Assembly: GCA_964652485.1 (NCBI GenBank)
Contig: CAZZDB010000001.1
Span: 1,898-65,897 of the forward strand
Reading direction: 5' to 3'
Length of the DNA stretch: 64,000 nucleotides
From: an uncultured Oleiharenicola sp.
Lineage (GTDB): Bacteria; Verrucomicrobiota; Verrucomicrobiia; Opitutales; Opitutaceae
Shown here: in pieces, positions 40,779 through 50,712 of the stretch
How the letters are laid out: every line of letters begins with the position of its first letter
Position numbering within the stretch: the first letter of the stretch is position 1
Made by a program: the position numbers and the translations under genes
Notes under the pieces: generated by a model
Told to the model about the DNA's origin: nothing
Seen by the model: the letters and a program-made list of their open reading frames with translations, nothing else
Database searches by the model: none

Positions 40779-40985
40779 GAGTCGGGTTACTGGCTTGAAA
40801 CGATCTTTGGTTCGCGGCCCGGTGCCGAAGAAGCTCGATCCGGCCGGGCGGAGCAATCTCAGAATTGGCTGTTGCCGGGCAGGCGGGCCCGTCTAGGGCC
40901 CGGAGGACCGGGGCCGGAGCGCCCGTCGCGCCTTCGCGAGCGGAGTTGGCCCGAGAGCGCACCGTCTCGCGCGCCAGGCCCGGGC

Positions 40986-42272
40986 TCACACCATCTTGCC
41001 GTTGGCGTAGACGATCCTGCCGTCGACGATCGTGGTCTTCACGCGGCCCTTCATCTGCTGTTTGTTCCAAGGGGAGTTGATCGACCGGCTGAAAGCGCCA
41101 TAGGTGTCGTAGAGCCATTTCTCCTCGGGATCGAAGAGGCATACGTCGGCGGCGGCACCCGGGCTGAGCGTCCCGGCGGGGAGCTTCAGGATATCGGCGG
41201 CCTTGCGGGTCATTAGGTCGATGACGAAACCGAGCTTGAATTTGCTCTGGCGGACCAGGACGTCGAGACAGACGGGCAGCGCAGTCTCGAGGCCGATGAT
41301 GCCGTTGGGGGCGTAGTCGAACTCCTTGTCCTTCTCCTCCGGGGCGTGCGGGGCGTGGTCGGTGCCGATGCAGTCGAGCGTGCCATCCTTCAGACCGGCG
41401 ACGATGGCCTTGCGGTCCGCCTCGGTGCGGAGCGGCGGATTCATCTTGAAATTGGTGTCGTAGGTGCCGAGCGATTCCTCGGTAAGGGCGATGTGGTGCG
41501 GCGTGGCCTCGGCGGTGACATTGACCCCGTCCCGCTTGGCGCGGCGCATGAGTTCGACCGAGTGGGCCGAGCTGATGTGCTGCATGTGGATGTGGGCGCC
41601 GGTGTAGCGGGAGAGGATGATGTTGCGTGCGACGATGATATCCTCCGCCGCGTGCGGCCACCCGGTGAGGCCCAGCCGGGTGGAGACGACACCCTCGTTC
41701 ATCACTGCCTTGGCGGTCATGGACTCGTCCTGGCAGTGGTCGAGGATGGTCAGGCCGAACATCTTGGCGTATTCAACCGCGCGGTGCATGAGTTCGTTGG
41801 ACTGGACGCAAAGGCCGTCGTCGGTGAGGGCGACGACGCCCGCCTTCTGGAGCGAGCCGTGTGGGGCCAGCGACTGGCCCTTCATACCCACGGTGATGCA
41901 GCCGGTGGGGTAGACGTGCACCGGGGCCAGGCGTGCGGCGTTCTTGATGAGCTCGACCGTGCCGGTGTTGTCGACGGGCGGAGAGGTATTGGGCATGCAC
42001 ACGACCGTCGTAAAACCGCCGGCGGCTGCGGCCTGCGAGCCGGTGAGGATGGTTTCCTTGTGCGTCTGGCCGGGCTCGCGGAAATGCACATGGATGTCGA
42101 CCAGGCCGGGGCAGACCACAAGACCCTTAGCGTCGATGACCTGCGCGGACTTCCTTTGCGTCGCGCTGAGGGACTTGACGAACCTGCCGTCGGCGATGAA
42201 GACGTCGCCGGTGGCGTCCCGCTTGGAAGCGGGGTCGATCACGCGGCCGTTTTTGATCCAGAAGAAAGACAT
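40986..42272 (-). CDS. pyrC: Dihydroorotase
   Basis: PGLVDIHVHFREPG, MPNT, FKMNPPLR, TDHAPH. Confidence 0.96.
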   Translation of the reverse strand: MSFFWIKNGRVIDPASKRDATGDVFIADGRFVKSLSATQRKSAQVIDAKGLVVCPGLVDIHVHFREPGQTHKETILTGSQAAAAGGFTTVVCMPNTSPPVDNTGTVELIKNAARLAPVHVYPTGCITVGMKGQSLAPHGSLQKAGVVALTDDGLCVQSNELMHRAVEYAKMFGLTILDHCQDESMTAKAVMNEGVVSTRLGLTGWPHAAEDIIVARNIILSRYTGAHIHMQHISSAHSVELMRRAKRDGVNVTAEATPHHIALTEESLGTYDTNFKMNPPLRTEADRKAIVAGLKDGTLDCIGTDHAPHAPEEKDKEFDYAPNGIIGLETALPVCLDVLVRQSKFKLGFVIDLMTRKAADILKLPAGTLSPGAAADVCLFDPEEKWLYDTYGAFSRSINSPWNKQQMKGRVKTTIVDGRIVYANGKMV

Positions 42273-42284
42273 GGGCGAGGCTGG

Positions 42285-42360
42285 GACGGGATTAGTCGGA
42301 ATGGACAGAACCCAAGGTGGAGCTGGATCCGGTCATTGTGATGATTTTGTTCATTCTGTC
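42285..42360. repeat. Degenerate palindromic intergenic element of ~9-nt GACAGAAT-type units
   Basis: GACGGGATTAGTCGGAATGGACAGAAC ... ATTTTGTTCATTCTGTC (reverse complement GACAGAATGAACAAAAT). Confidence 0.4.
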
Positions 42361-42366
42361 GGAAAA

Positions 42367-43314
42367 CTACTCCACCGGGGCGAGGACGTGCTCGGGCTGG
42401 CCGCCGGCGCAGAGGTAGAGCGCGGCCATGCGGACGGCGATGCCGTTGGTCACCTGCCGGAGGATCACGCTGCGCGACGAGTCGGCGATGTCACTGTCGA
42501 TCTCGACGCCGCGGTTGATCGGGCCCGGATGCATGATGATGGCGTCGGGCTTCACCCAGCTCGCGCGGGTGTAATTGAGGCCGAACATGCTGGTGTATTC
42601 GCCGAGCGACGGGAAGTGGCTGACGCCCTGCCGCTCGTGCTGGATGCGCAGGAGCATGACGACATCGGCGTCGGTCAGGGCGGCGCGCAGGTTGTGCGAG
42701 ACCTTGACGCCGAGCGCCTCGAACCAGTGCGGCACGAGGGTGGACGGGCCGACGAGGGTGACATCGGCGCCGAGCTTGGTCAGGGCATGGATGTTCGAGC
42801 GGGCGACACGGCTGAAAAGAATGTCGCCGAGGATGACAATCTTCCGGCCCTTCAGGTCGCCGAGCTTCTCGCGCATCGTGAAGACGTCGAGCAGGGCCTG
42901 CGTCGGATGTTCGTGGGCACCGTCGCCGGCGTTGACCACCGGGATGCCGAGGACCCGGCTGAGGTAAAGGGGCGAGCCGCTTGCGGAGTGGCGCAGCACG
43001 ATCATGTCGGCGTTGAGCGCCTGGATGTTCTGGGCGGTGTCGCGGAGGGTCTCGCCCTTGGTGGTGCTGGAATGGGCCGCGTCGAAGGAGACCACGTCGG
43101 CGCTGAGGAGCTTGGCGGCCATCTCGAAGGAGATGCGGGTACGTGTGCTGGGCTCGAGGAAGAGGTTGCAGATGGTCTTGCCCCGGAGTGCCGGGACCTT
43201 CTTGACCTTGCGATCGAGGATGCGGCGGAACGCGCCGGCGGTGGCGAGCAGTTGCTCGATCTCGGCGCGGTCGAGTTCTTCGATCGTCAGGAGGTGTTTG
43301 CGATGCCAGGGCAC
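42367..43314 (-). CDS. pyrB: Aspartate carbamoyltransferase catalytic subunit
   Basis: FLEPSTRTRISF, NAGDGAHEHPTQALLD, MHPGPINRGVEI. Confidence 0.97.
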   Translation of the reverse strand: MPWHRKHLLTIEELDRAEIEQLLATAGAFRRILDRKVKKVPALRGKTICNLFLEPSTRTRISFEMAAKLLSADVVSFDAAHSSTTKGETLRDTAQNIQALNADMIVLRHSASGSPLYLSRVLGIPVVNAGDGAHEHPTQALLDVFTMREKLGDLKGRKIVILGDILFSRVARSNIHALTKLGADVTLVGPSTLVPHWFEALGVKVSHNLRAALTDADVVMLLRIQHERQGVSHFPSLGEYTSMFGLNYTRASWVKPDAIIMHPGPINRGVEIDSDIADSSRSVILRQVTNGIAVRMAALYLCAGGQPEHVLAPVE

Positions 43315-43339
43315 GGGGAGGTGGTGTTGGAGGACGATA

Positions 43340-43909
43340 TTAGGTTACGGCAGGAAAGGGCGGGGCGGTCCTCGGCTTGGCCGGCTTAAGGGCAAAGGTG
43401 TCCTTCGTCTGGTCGCGGGGGTCGAGGCGCACGACGACCTTCTCGTCGTCCGTGGCGGCGACGGTCAGGCCACAGTAGGTGGCGGCGACGGGCAGCTTGC
43501 GCCCGCCGCGGTCGACCAGCACGGCGAGTTCCACGGTGGCGGGGCGGCCGTGGTCAAACAGCTCGTCGAGTGCGGCCTTGACCGTCCGGCCGGAGTAGAG
43601 GACGTCGTCCACGAGGATGACCGTGGCGCCGTTGACGTCGTGCGGGATGATGGTCGGGGAAAATTCCTTCGGGATCGGGTTGCGACCGATATCGTCGCGA
43701 TGAAACGAGATGTCGATGGTGCCCAAACCGGGCGCGAGACGGGCCTCTTTCAGTCGCGTGGCGAGGCGCGAGGCGAAGACGATGCCGCCGTTGGCGATGC
43801 CGAGGAGCAGCAAGTTCGGAGTGCGGGCGTGGCGGGCGGCAATGGCGGAAGCAACGCGTTCGAGGGCTTGGTCGATCGTTTGGGCGTCGTGCTTCGGGTG
43901 GGTGGCCAC
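43340..43909 (-). CDS. pyrR: PyrR regulator / uracil phosphoribosyltransferase
   Basis: IDISFHRDD, ILVDDVLYSGRTVKAA, LVDRGGRKLP; GTG start at 43909. Confidence 0.93.
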   Translation of the reverse strand: MATHPKHDAQTIDQALERVASAIAARHARTPNLLLLGIANGGIVFASRLATRLKEARLAPGLGTIDISFHRDDIGRNPIPKEFSPTIIPHDVNGATVILVDDVLYSGRTVKAALDELFDHGRPATVELAVLVDRGGRKLPVAATYCGLTVAATDDEKVVVRLDPRDQTKDTFALKPAKPRTAPPFPAVT

Positions 43910-44155
43910 GAATCCATGGTTTTGAGCCGCGGCGCGCGACTCGTCCAGCGCAAAGGCGGCGCGGGACGGATTAATCGGATCACTGCTTGGCGGGATTCCG
44001 CCACTAATCCTGTATCCGGCGGGCGCCACGATCACGAAAAGCAGGAAGAGCACGACGCCAGCGTTGGAGCGGACCAACGGCGCGTCCATGGTATCCGGAA
44101 GACTGGCCCGGGCGGTCGGGCCCGATTCTGCATTTCACGGGGCGGGGAAGCTGAA

Positions 44156-44836
44156 TCACCCGGGAAACATAGCTCGGATTGGCGCAATGCAGTCGGGCGC
44201 CTCGTAGTGGACATTGTTGACGCGTGCATCGACGCGGTGGCCGGTCATCATCTCCGCGGGCAGCGGCCGGCAGAGCCGGTCCAATTGCGCCGGATCGAGC
44301 GGTTCGTCGCCGAGCCACACCGGCCCGCTGTTGGGTCCGAGGATGACCGGCATGCGGTCGTGGATGGGCTGCACCAGGGCATTCGGCCCGGTGGTGACGA
44401 TGCAGAAGGAGGCGGGACCGGCGGGGTCATTCGCCGGTTCCCAGAGGCCGGCGAAGAAGAAGGGCTGCCGGTCTCTTAGGGTGAAGTAGTGGGGCAGTCG
44501 GGCGGTGCCGTGTTTTTCCCATTCATAAAATCCGTCTGCGGGCACGAGACAGCGTCGGTGCCGTGCGGCGTCACGGAAGGTCGGTCTTTGGAGAAGGGTA
44601 TCGGCGCGCGCGTTGCCCATGATCGTTGCTTTTCGGGCGGGCGGGCGGGCGGGCACGACGATGCCGAAGCTCATGGCCTCCAGCCGGGGCTTCGGGCACT
44701 TGATCACGACCGGCATGCGGCGGGTCAGGGCGATGTTGTAACCGGGCGTCCAGTCGCCGGTCGCGTCGGCGGCTTCGATCAGGGCTTCGGTGAACGCCAC
44801 GAGGGTCAGCCTAGTCAGCGAGTAGCGCAGGCACAT
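44156..44836 (-). CDS. SRAP / YedK (HMCES-like) abasic-site protein
   Basis: N-terminal MC.RY, NARADT, RCLVPADGFYEW, IHDRMPVIL. Confidence 0.93.
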   Translation of the reverse strand: MCLRYSLTRLTLVAFTEALIEAADATGDWTPGYNIALTRRMPVVIKCPKPRLEAMSFGIVVPARPPARKATIMGNARADTLLQRPTFRDAARHRRCLVPADGFYEWEKHGTARLPHYFTLRDRQPFFFAGLWEPANDPAGPASFCIVTTGPNALVQPIHDRMPVILGPNSGPVWLGDEPLDPAQLDRLCRPLPAEMMTGHRVDARVNNVHYEAPDCIAPIRAMFPG

Positions 44837-44839
44837 GGG

Positions 44840-46705
44840 TCACTTGCCGGGATTGAGCCACCGCGAAAGGCAGAGGCGCAGCGCGTCGGAGCGGATCGGC
44901 TTGCTGAGAAAGTCATCCATGCCGGCGGCGAGGCAGGCCGCCTTGTCCTCGGCGCGGACGTTGGCGGTCAGGGCGACGATGGGCAGCGGCCGGCCGGCGA
45001 GCCAGGCGCGGGCGCGGCGCGTGGCCTCGAAGCCGTCGATACCCGGCAGCTGGCAGTCCATGAAAACAAGATCCCATTCGCCCTGCTGCAGGATCTCCAG
45101 GGCGGTGAGCCCGTCTACGACCACATGGCACTGCAGGCCGAGGCGTTCCAGCATAAGTTTGATGACGCGCTGGTTCACCGGGTCGTCCTCGACCACGAGG
45201 ATGCGGCCGGTGAAAAGTTCCTGTTGGGTGACGCCGAGGGCGAACGGCGGGATCGTGATCTGGTCGTGGGCGAGGGGCAGCTCGAGCGTGAAGGCGAACA
45301 GCGAGCCCTGTCCGGGGAGACTCTCTACCGTGATCGCCCCGCCCATGTGCTGGATGAGGCGTTGTGAGATGGCCAGGCCGAGGCCCGACCCGCCGTAGCG
45401 CCGGCTCATCGAGCTGTCCGCCTGCGTGAAGGGCTGGAACAGGCCGGCGAGCGTGGTCTCAGTCATGCCGATGCCGGTGTCCTTCACCTCGACCTCGAGC
45501 CGCAGTTTGTCCCCGGCTAGGAGGGTGCCGGTAAACCGGACGCTGATTTCGCCTCGTTCGGAGAACTTGACCGCGTTGCCGGTCAGGTTGATCAGCACCT
45601 GGCGCAGCCGGGTGGGATCGCCGACAATCCGGGTGCCGGCCACGGGGTTGGCCGTGAAGCCCAGTTGCAGGGACTTCGCGCTGGCGCTGGGCCGGAGGAG
45701 CGAGACGACCTCCTCGGCCAGGGTAGGGGCATGGAAGGAGATATGCTCGAATTCCATCTTCCCGGTCTCGATCTTGGAAAAATCAAGGATGTCGTTCAAG
45801 ATGCGGAGGAGGGCGTCGGCGGAATTCGCGGCGGTGTCCACCTGCTCGCGCTGCGCGGCGCTGAGCGACGTGGTCTTGAGCAGGTCGAGCATGCCCAGCA
45901 CACCGTTCATCGGGGTGCGGATTTCGTGGCTCATCATCGCCAGGAACTCACTCTTGGTCTGGCTCGCGGCCTCGGCGCGGTCGCGGGCCGCACGGAGCTC
46001 GGTCTCGGCGTCCTTGCGGTGGGAGATTTCCTCGGTCAGGTCGCGGTTGAGAGCGTCGGCCTGCAGCTTCTTCTCTTGCAGCTCGGCGACGAGCTTGGCG
46101 TGTTCAAAACCGAGACGGAGCGAATCGCCCAGCGCACGGTGGAAGCTGCGCGCCATCGTCATAAGGAAGAGGAGGTAGAAAGACGCCAGGCCGGCCATCG
46201 CGGCATGCACCACCTCGGGGCTGGAGGCGAAACGCGCAATCAGAGGCACCAGCGCGCAAATTTGGAAAGCCCAGCAGGCGGCCAGCACGGTCCCGAGCGA
46301 ACGCGTGGCGCCGGCTGTGATGCCCGCCAGCACCAGAATGAGCAGCGAGCGCTCCACCTGCCCCATGTCGGGGTAGAAGGCCCAGCCCGCGTAGCCCCAG
46401 CCCAAGGCCGTGAACAGCGCCCCGAGCACGAACCATCTCTCCCAGCTCCCGACATCCTCGCGGGATCCTTGGCGATGAAAGAGGACGACGTGCACCAGAC
46501 GGACCGTGGTCAGCAAGCCCATGGTCCCGAGCCAGAGCAGGGCACGCTTCGATTCATGTTCCCGGCTCATCACCCAGGCCAGTCCGACCGCGACGAACAA
46601 CGTCGCCGCCATGCCGGCGGGCAGGTCGGTGAAGCCGAGCCGCAGCAATTCCGTCCGCACGCGCTGCGCTGTGTCGGGGCTGGCGGAGGTTGGGCGCGGT
46701 TCCAT
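44840..46705 (-). CDS. Membrane-bound hybrid sensor histidine kinase with receiver domain
   Basis: Multi-TM N-terminus; [27 protein letters not shown]; FMDCQLP. Confidence 0.93.
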   Translation of the reverse strand: MEPRPTSASPDTAQRVRTELLRLGFTDLPAGMAATLFVAVGLAWVMSREHESKRALLWLGTMGLLTTVRLVHVVLFHRQGSREDVGSWERWFVLGALFTALGWGYAGWAFYPDMGQVERSLLILVLAGITAGATRSLGTVLAACWAFQICALVPLIARFASSPEVVHAAMAGLASFYLLFLMTMARSFHRALGDSLRLGFEHAKLVAELQEKKLQADALNRDLTEEISHRKDAETELRAARDRAEAASQTKSEFLAMMSHEIRTPMNGVLGMLDLLKTTSLSAAQREQVDTAANSADALLRILNDILDFSKIETGKMEFEHISFHAPTLAEEVVSLLRPSASAKSLQLGFTANPVAGTRIVGDPTRLRQVLINLTGNAVKFSERGEISVRFTGTLLAGDKLRLEVEVKDTGIGMTETTLAGLFQPFTQADSSMSRRYGGSGLGLAISQRLIQHMGGAITVESLPGQGSLFAFTLELPLAHDQITIPPFALGVTQQELFTGRILVVEDDPVNQRVIKLMLERLGLQCHVVVDGLTALEILQQGEWDLVFMDCQLPGIDGFEATRRARAWLAGRPLPIVALTANVRAEDKAACLAAGMDDFLSKPIRSDALRLCLSRWLNPGK

Positions 46706-46885
46706 GCCCCCAAGTTATGTGGCGAAACAACCGGGCGAAAAGCTTTATCCCGCCTGGCTGGAGGTGGCGGCAGAGCGGCATGACCGGCGGCTCGCCATGA
46801 ACCAATGTCCGTCTTCGCCCTCAGAACGTCAGAGTAAGTCAGCGAGGCATCCCGCGTTGACCTTGCTCCGCAATACGCCGGCGGA

Positions 46886-46962
46886 TGGTGGACCTTACTG
46901 GACTCGAACCAGTGACCTTTTCCATGTCAAGGAAACGCTCTAACCAACTGAGCTAAAGGTCC
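46886..46962 (-). tRNA. tRNA-Val (GAC)
   Basis: GGACCTTTAGCTCAGTTGGTTAGAGCG TTTCC TT GAC AT GGAAA AGGTCACTGGTTCGAGTCCAGTAAGGTCCACCA; 77 nt with encoded CCA. Confidence 0.97.
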
Positions 46963-47118
46963 GCGAAGGTGCAGGAATGAACGACTCGCCCGGGGTGGTG
47001 CAAGGAAAATTCCGCGCGGGCGCGGCAACTGGCATCCAGCCCCGGGGAACGCACTCTCCCGGCGCCGTTTTCCGCAGCGAATTCCGCTATCGCCGGGCAG
47101 ACCCTGACGGTCGCCGGT

Positions 47119-48291
47119 TCAGCGGACCCGGGCCTGCACTATAACCGAGAAGCCCAGCCGCAGACGGTCGCCGAGCCGCGCGGCACTCGCCGTATCGAGG
47201 ACAATCTTGACCGGCACACGCTGGACGACCTTGTTGAAGTTGCCGGTGGCATTGTCTGGGGGCAGCAGGGCAAACTGGGCGCCGCTGGCGGGCGACAGGC
47301 TGTCGATGCGGCCGTGCAGTTCCTGCCCGTCGAGCGCGTCGACGGTGATGTCGACCTCCTGGCCGGCGCGCATGCGGTTGAGCTGGGTTTCCTTGAAGTT
47401 GGCGACGATCCACGGGGCGGGCTCGGCAATGGCGAGCAGGGTCTGGCCAGCGGCCACGAGGTTGCCGACTTCGACGCTGCGGTTGCCCACGCGACCCGCG
47501 GCCGGCGCGGTGATGACGGTGTAGGCGAGCTGGCGCTGAGCATCGGCGAGTGCGGCGCTGGCGGAGGCGATGTTCGCCGCGGCCCCGGTGGCCTGCGCCG
47601 CGGCGGATTTCCGGGCAGCTTCGGCGGACCCGATGGTCGCTGCGGCGGCGGTACGGTTGGCGGTGGCGGCATCGAGCGTGGCTTTGGCGGCGTCATAAGC
47701 GGCCCGGGCATTGTCCAGATCGGCTTGGGTGACGGCCCCGCCGTTCTTGAAAAGCTGTTCGTTGCGTCCAAGTGTCAGTTGCGTGAGGTCGAGCTGCGCG
47801 CGCGCCTGCACGATCTGGGCTTCGGCTTGGGCGACGCGGGCGATGGCCTCGGCCAGCTGGGCGTCGGCCTGGCTGGCGGCGGCGGCCGTCTGCGTTTGCT
47901 GCGCTTCGGCCAGCGCGAGGGCGGCGCGCGCCTTCTGGACGGCGATTTCGAATTCAAGCGGGTCCAGCCGGGCGAGGACATCGCCGGCCTGCACAATCTG
48001 GTTGTCCTGCACGAGCACCTCCTTGACCTGCCCACCGAGCTGAGGGCTGACCTGGTGGAGGTGGCCGACGAGGTACGCGTTGTCGGTGTCCTCGTAGTGG
48101 TAGGCATGGAGTCCGAAATGGGTGCCCCAGCCGAGGGCGGCAAGCACAGCGGTGACGATCAGAAGCGGCTTGAGCCAGGAACGCGACGGGGCGGTGGACT
48201 CGTCCGGGGTGACAGTCACGGACTGGACGGGCGTGGGTGTGTGCTGGGTGCCGGGGGAGACGGCCGGGAGAGCTTCGGTGACGGAATTCAT
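47119..48291 (-). CDS. EmrA/HlyD-family membrane fusion protein
   Basis: TDNAYL, ANFKETQL, PASGAQFALLPPDNATGNFNKVVQRVPV. Confidence 0.94.
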   Translation of the reverse strand: MNSVTEALPAVSPGTQHTPTPVQSVTVTPDESTAPSRSWLKPLLIVTAVLAALGWGTHFGLHAYHYEDTDNAYLVGHLHQVSPQLGGQVKEVLVQDNQIVQAGDVLARLDPLEFEIAVQKARAALALAEAQQTQTAAAASQADAQLAEAIARVAQAEAQIVQARAQLDLTQLTLGRNEQLFKNGGAVTQADLDNARAAYDAAKATLDAATANRTAAAATIGSAEAARKSAAAQATGAAANIASASAALADAQRQLAYTVITAPAAGRVGNRSVEVGNLVAAGQTLLAIAEPAPWIVANFKETQLNRMRAGQEVDITVDALDGQELHGRIDSLSPASGAQFALLPPDNATGNFNKVVQRVPVKIVLDTASAARLGDRLRLGFSVIVQARVR

Positions 48292-48315
48292 GGAGTTTTG
48301 AGTGAAGGAAGTGGA

Positions 48316-49929
48316 TCAGTGCGCGGAGGCGACGACTCCCCTGTTGCCACCCTTGTTGAGGAGCAGAAGCAGGGGCAGGGTTATGATGAATGCGCCGGCG
48401 ACGTACAGGAACACGTCGGCGAAGGAGAGCAGCAACGCCTGGCCGTTAAGCAGGTTGTCGAGGGTCGTGAGGGCCTGGCCGTGCGCGAGCACCGGATCCG
48501 CCGTGCGCTGCGCAAACACGCCGCTGAAGAGCTGGAGGCGGGCGATCGTCCCGGGTTGGGCCAGGGTTACCTTTTCGGTGAGCACGGCGCGGTGGACGGC
48601 CTCGCGGTGGACGAGCATGGTCGTGATGAGGGCAATGCCGATGCTGCTGCCCATCTGGCGCGTGAGGTTGTAGAAGCCCGACCCGGCGGCGACGTCGCGT
48701 TTCGGCAGATTGCCCAAAGTGGCCAGGCTTAGCGGCAAGAACATCATCACCGTGCCAAGCCCGCGCAGCACGAGCGGCAGGAAGAGTGAGTCCGTGCCGG
48801 TATCGGGGTTGATGGTGGAGAGCATCACAGCCGACACCACCAGGACCAAGGCGCCGGTGGCGATGAGCATACGGGCGTCGAGCCGCCCGGCGACCTTGCC
48901 CATGATGACCATCATCACCGCGGAGGCGATGGCTCCGGGCATCAGCAGCATACCGCTCTGGGTGGCGGTGAAATGCAGGTAGTCCTGCACAAAGATCGGC
49001 ACGGCGAACATGACGCCGTAAAGCCCCATGCCCAGCACCAGGGAGTAGACGCTGCCGGCGGCAAGGGCGCGGTGCCGGAGGACGCGCAGATCGACGGCGG
49101 GATTGGCAACCGTCAGTTCGCGCCAGATGAAGAGGCCGAGGCCGATGGTCGCGCCCGCGGCCATTGTGACAATGAAGCGGGAACTGAACCAGTCCTCCTG
49201 CTGGCCCTCCTCCAGCATCGTCTGGAAGCACGCCAGCCCGATCGCGAGCAGGCCGATGCCCGGCCAGTCCACGCGGGAATGGTCGAGTTGCGCAGCCTCG
49301 TCACGCGGCAGGAAGATGACGGTCGCCGCGACGGCAAGGATGCCGAGAGGCAGGTTGATGAAAAAGATCCAACGCCAGCCCATGGTGTCGGTCAGGTAGC
49401 CGCCCAGCACCGGTCCGAGCGCCGGACCGGCGATGACGCCAATGCCGAAGATCGCCTGCGCTGCCGGCTGTTCCTTCTTGGTGAACGTTTCGAAGAGGAT
49501 TGATTGAGCCTTGGCGAGCAGACCGCCACCGCAGAGTCCCTGCAACACGCGGGCGATGATCAGCATCATGAGGCTCGTCGAAAGCCCGCACAGGACCGAG
49601 GCGCCCGTGAAGCCCGCGAGGGAGAACAGCAGGTATTGCTTGCGGCCGAAGCGGTCGCTGAGCCACGCGGTGAGCGGAATCATGACGACGTTTGCGCAGG
49701 CATAGCCCGTCGAGATCCAGCCCACCTCGGAGAGCGTCGAACCGAGGTTGCCCTGGATGTTGGGCATCGCGACGTTGACGATACTGGTGTCGATGATCTC
49801 CAGGATGGCGCCGAGCGCTGCCGTGAGGGCGATGACCCACTTGAGGATGCCACGGTCAGCCAGTCGCGCAGCGAGCGGCGAGAGCAGACGGCGGTCGGAT
49901 CCGTAGAGGCCGTGCAGGGTGCTGCTCAC
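48316..49929 (-). CDS. EmrB/DHA2 MFS efflux permease
   Basis: DTSIVNVA, LSDRFGRK, WRWIFFINLPLG. Confidence 0.94.
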   Translation of the reverse strand: MSSTLHGLYGSDRRLLSPLAARLADRGILKWVIALTAALGAILEIIDTSIVNVAMPNIQGNLGSTLSEVGWISTGYACANVVMIPLTAWLSDRFGRKQYLLFSLAGFTGASVLCGLSTSLMMLIIARVLQGLCGGGLLAKAQSILFETFTKKEQPAAQAIFGIGVIAGPALGPVLGGYLTDTMGWRWIFFINLPLGILAVAATVIFLPRDEAAQLDHSRVDWPGIGLLAIGLACFQTMLEEGQQEDWFSSRFIVTMAAGATIGLGLFIWRELTVANPAVDLRVLRHRALAAGSVYSLVLGMGLYGVMFAVPIFVQDYLHFTATQSGMLLMPGAIASAVMMVIMGKVAGRLDARMLIATGALVLVVSAVMLSTINPDTGTDSLFLPLVLRGLGTVMMFLPLSLATLGNLPKRDVAAGSGFYNLTRQMGSSIGIALITTMLVHREAVHRAVLTEKVTLAQPGTIARLQLFSGVFAQRTADPVLAHGQALTTLDNLLNGQALLLSFADVFLYVAGAFIITLPLLLLLNKGGNRGVVASAH

Positions 49930-50555
49930 CGGCGGGCAGGCGGGCTGACGGCGACGCCATCAAGGAACGTGGCGACCGCGGTTTCGATGTACGTGGTGGC
50001 GGAGTATTCGATCCTCAGGTGGGGCATCGAGCGGCGCAGCACGGCGGTGAAAATCGCGCTGGAGAGCAGGTCGGCGAGGAGGTCGGGCCGTTGGTCGGCC
50101 CGGACTTCGCCCGCCTTCTGGGCGGTTGCGATCCGGCTGAGGAGGGCCTCCTTGAGAGGCAGGAAGATGGCGCGAAAGACCTGCTTCTCGTGCGTCTCAT
50201 TCAGGTGGTGGTGCATTTCGCCGAGCATCGCGCGCACGAGCGGCCAGTTGGCGTTCAGCAGCGTATCGTAGCACCGCGCCAGGGCCAGCAGGTCGGTCCG
50301 GAAATCGTCGGTCGGGGCGGGCACGGGGCTCCGGCTGGCCGTGGCCTTGGCGCAAAAATTCTCGCCGACGACGGCGGTCAGCAGCCGTTCCTTGGTCTGG
50401 AAATGCCGGAAAAGCGTGACCTCGTTGACGCCGGCTTCATGGGCGATCGCGCGCGTGGTGGCCCCGCCGAGTCCGTCCCGGGCAAAGACGTGGGCCGCGG
50501 CCTCCAGCAGGCGCTGCCTGGTCGAAGTGAGAGGGAGGGGGGCTGGGTCAGACAT
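49926..50555 (-). CDS. TetR/AcrR family regulator
   Basis: TTRAIAHEAGVNEVTLFRHFQTKE HTH. Confidence 0.93.
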   Translation of the reverse strand: MSDPAPLPLTSTRQRLLEAAAHVFARDGLGGATTRAIAHEAGVNEVTLFRHFQTKERLLTAVVGENFCAKATASRSPVPAPTDDFRTDLLALARCYDTLLNANWPLVRAMLGEMHHHLNETHEKQVFRAIFLPLKEALLSRIATAQKAGEVRADQRPDLLADLLSSAIFTAVLRRSMPHLRIEYSATTYIETAVATFLDGVAVSPPARR

Positions 50556-50573
50556 GCAAGTAACTACTTGCAT
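50554..50573. promoter_or_regulatory. Probable TetR operator
   Basis: Perfect palindrome ATGCAAGTA-AC-TACTTGCAT overlapping the tetR start codon. Confidence 0.75.
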
Positions 50574-50712
50574 ACATCGTTCGGGCCGCAAGCGGATTTT
50601 TACCCATGGGTTCGCCCAAGGTGGGCAAATCATTGGAAAGCAGGGCGAAGAAAAATGCGCGTCCGGCCACACGCCGCTTGAAATCGGGCCGGGTTTTGTG
50701 CCCTTATCTCGC

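Noticed and set aside
43910-44155. PyrR attenuator or small membrane peptide upstream of pyrR
   Set aside because: No AGUCC/AGAG PyrR-binding loop is visible; the hydrophobic stretch has no independent support.
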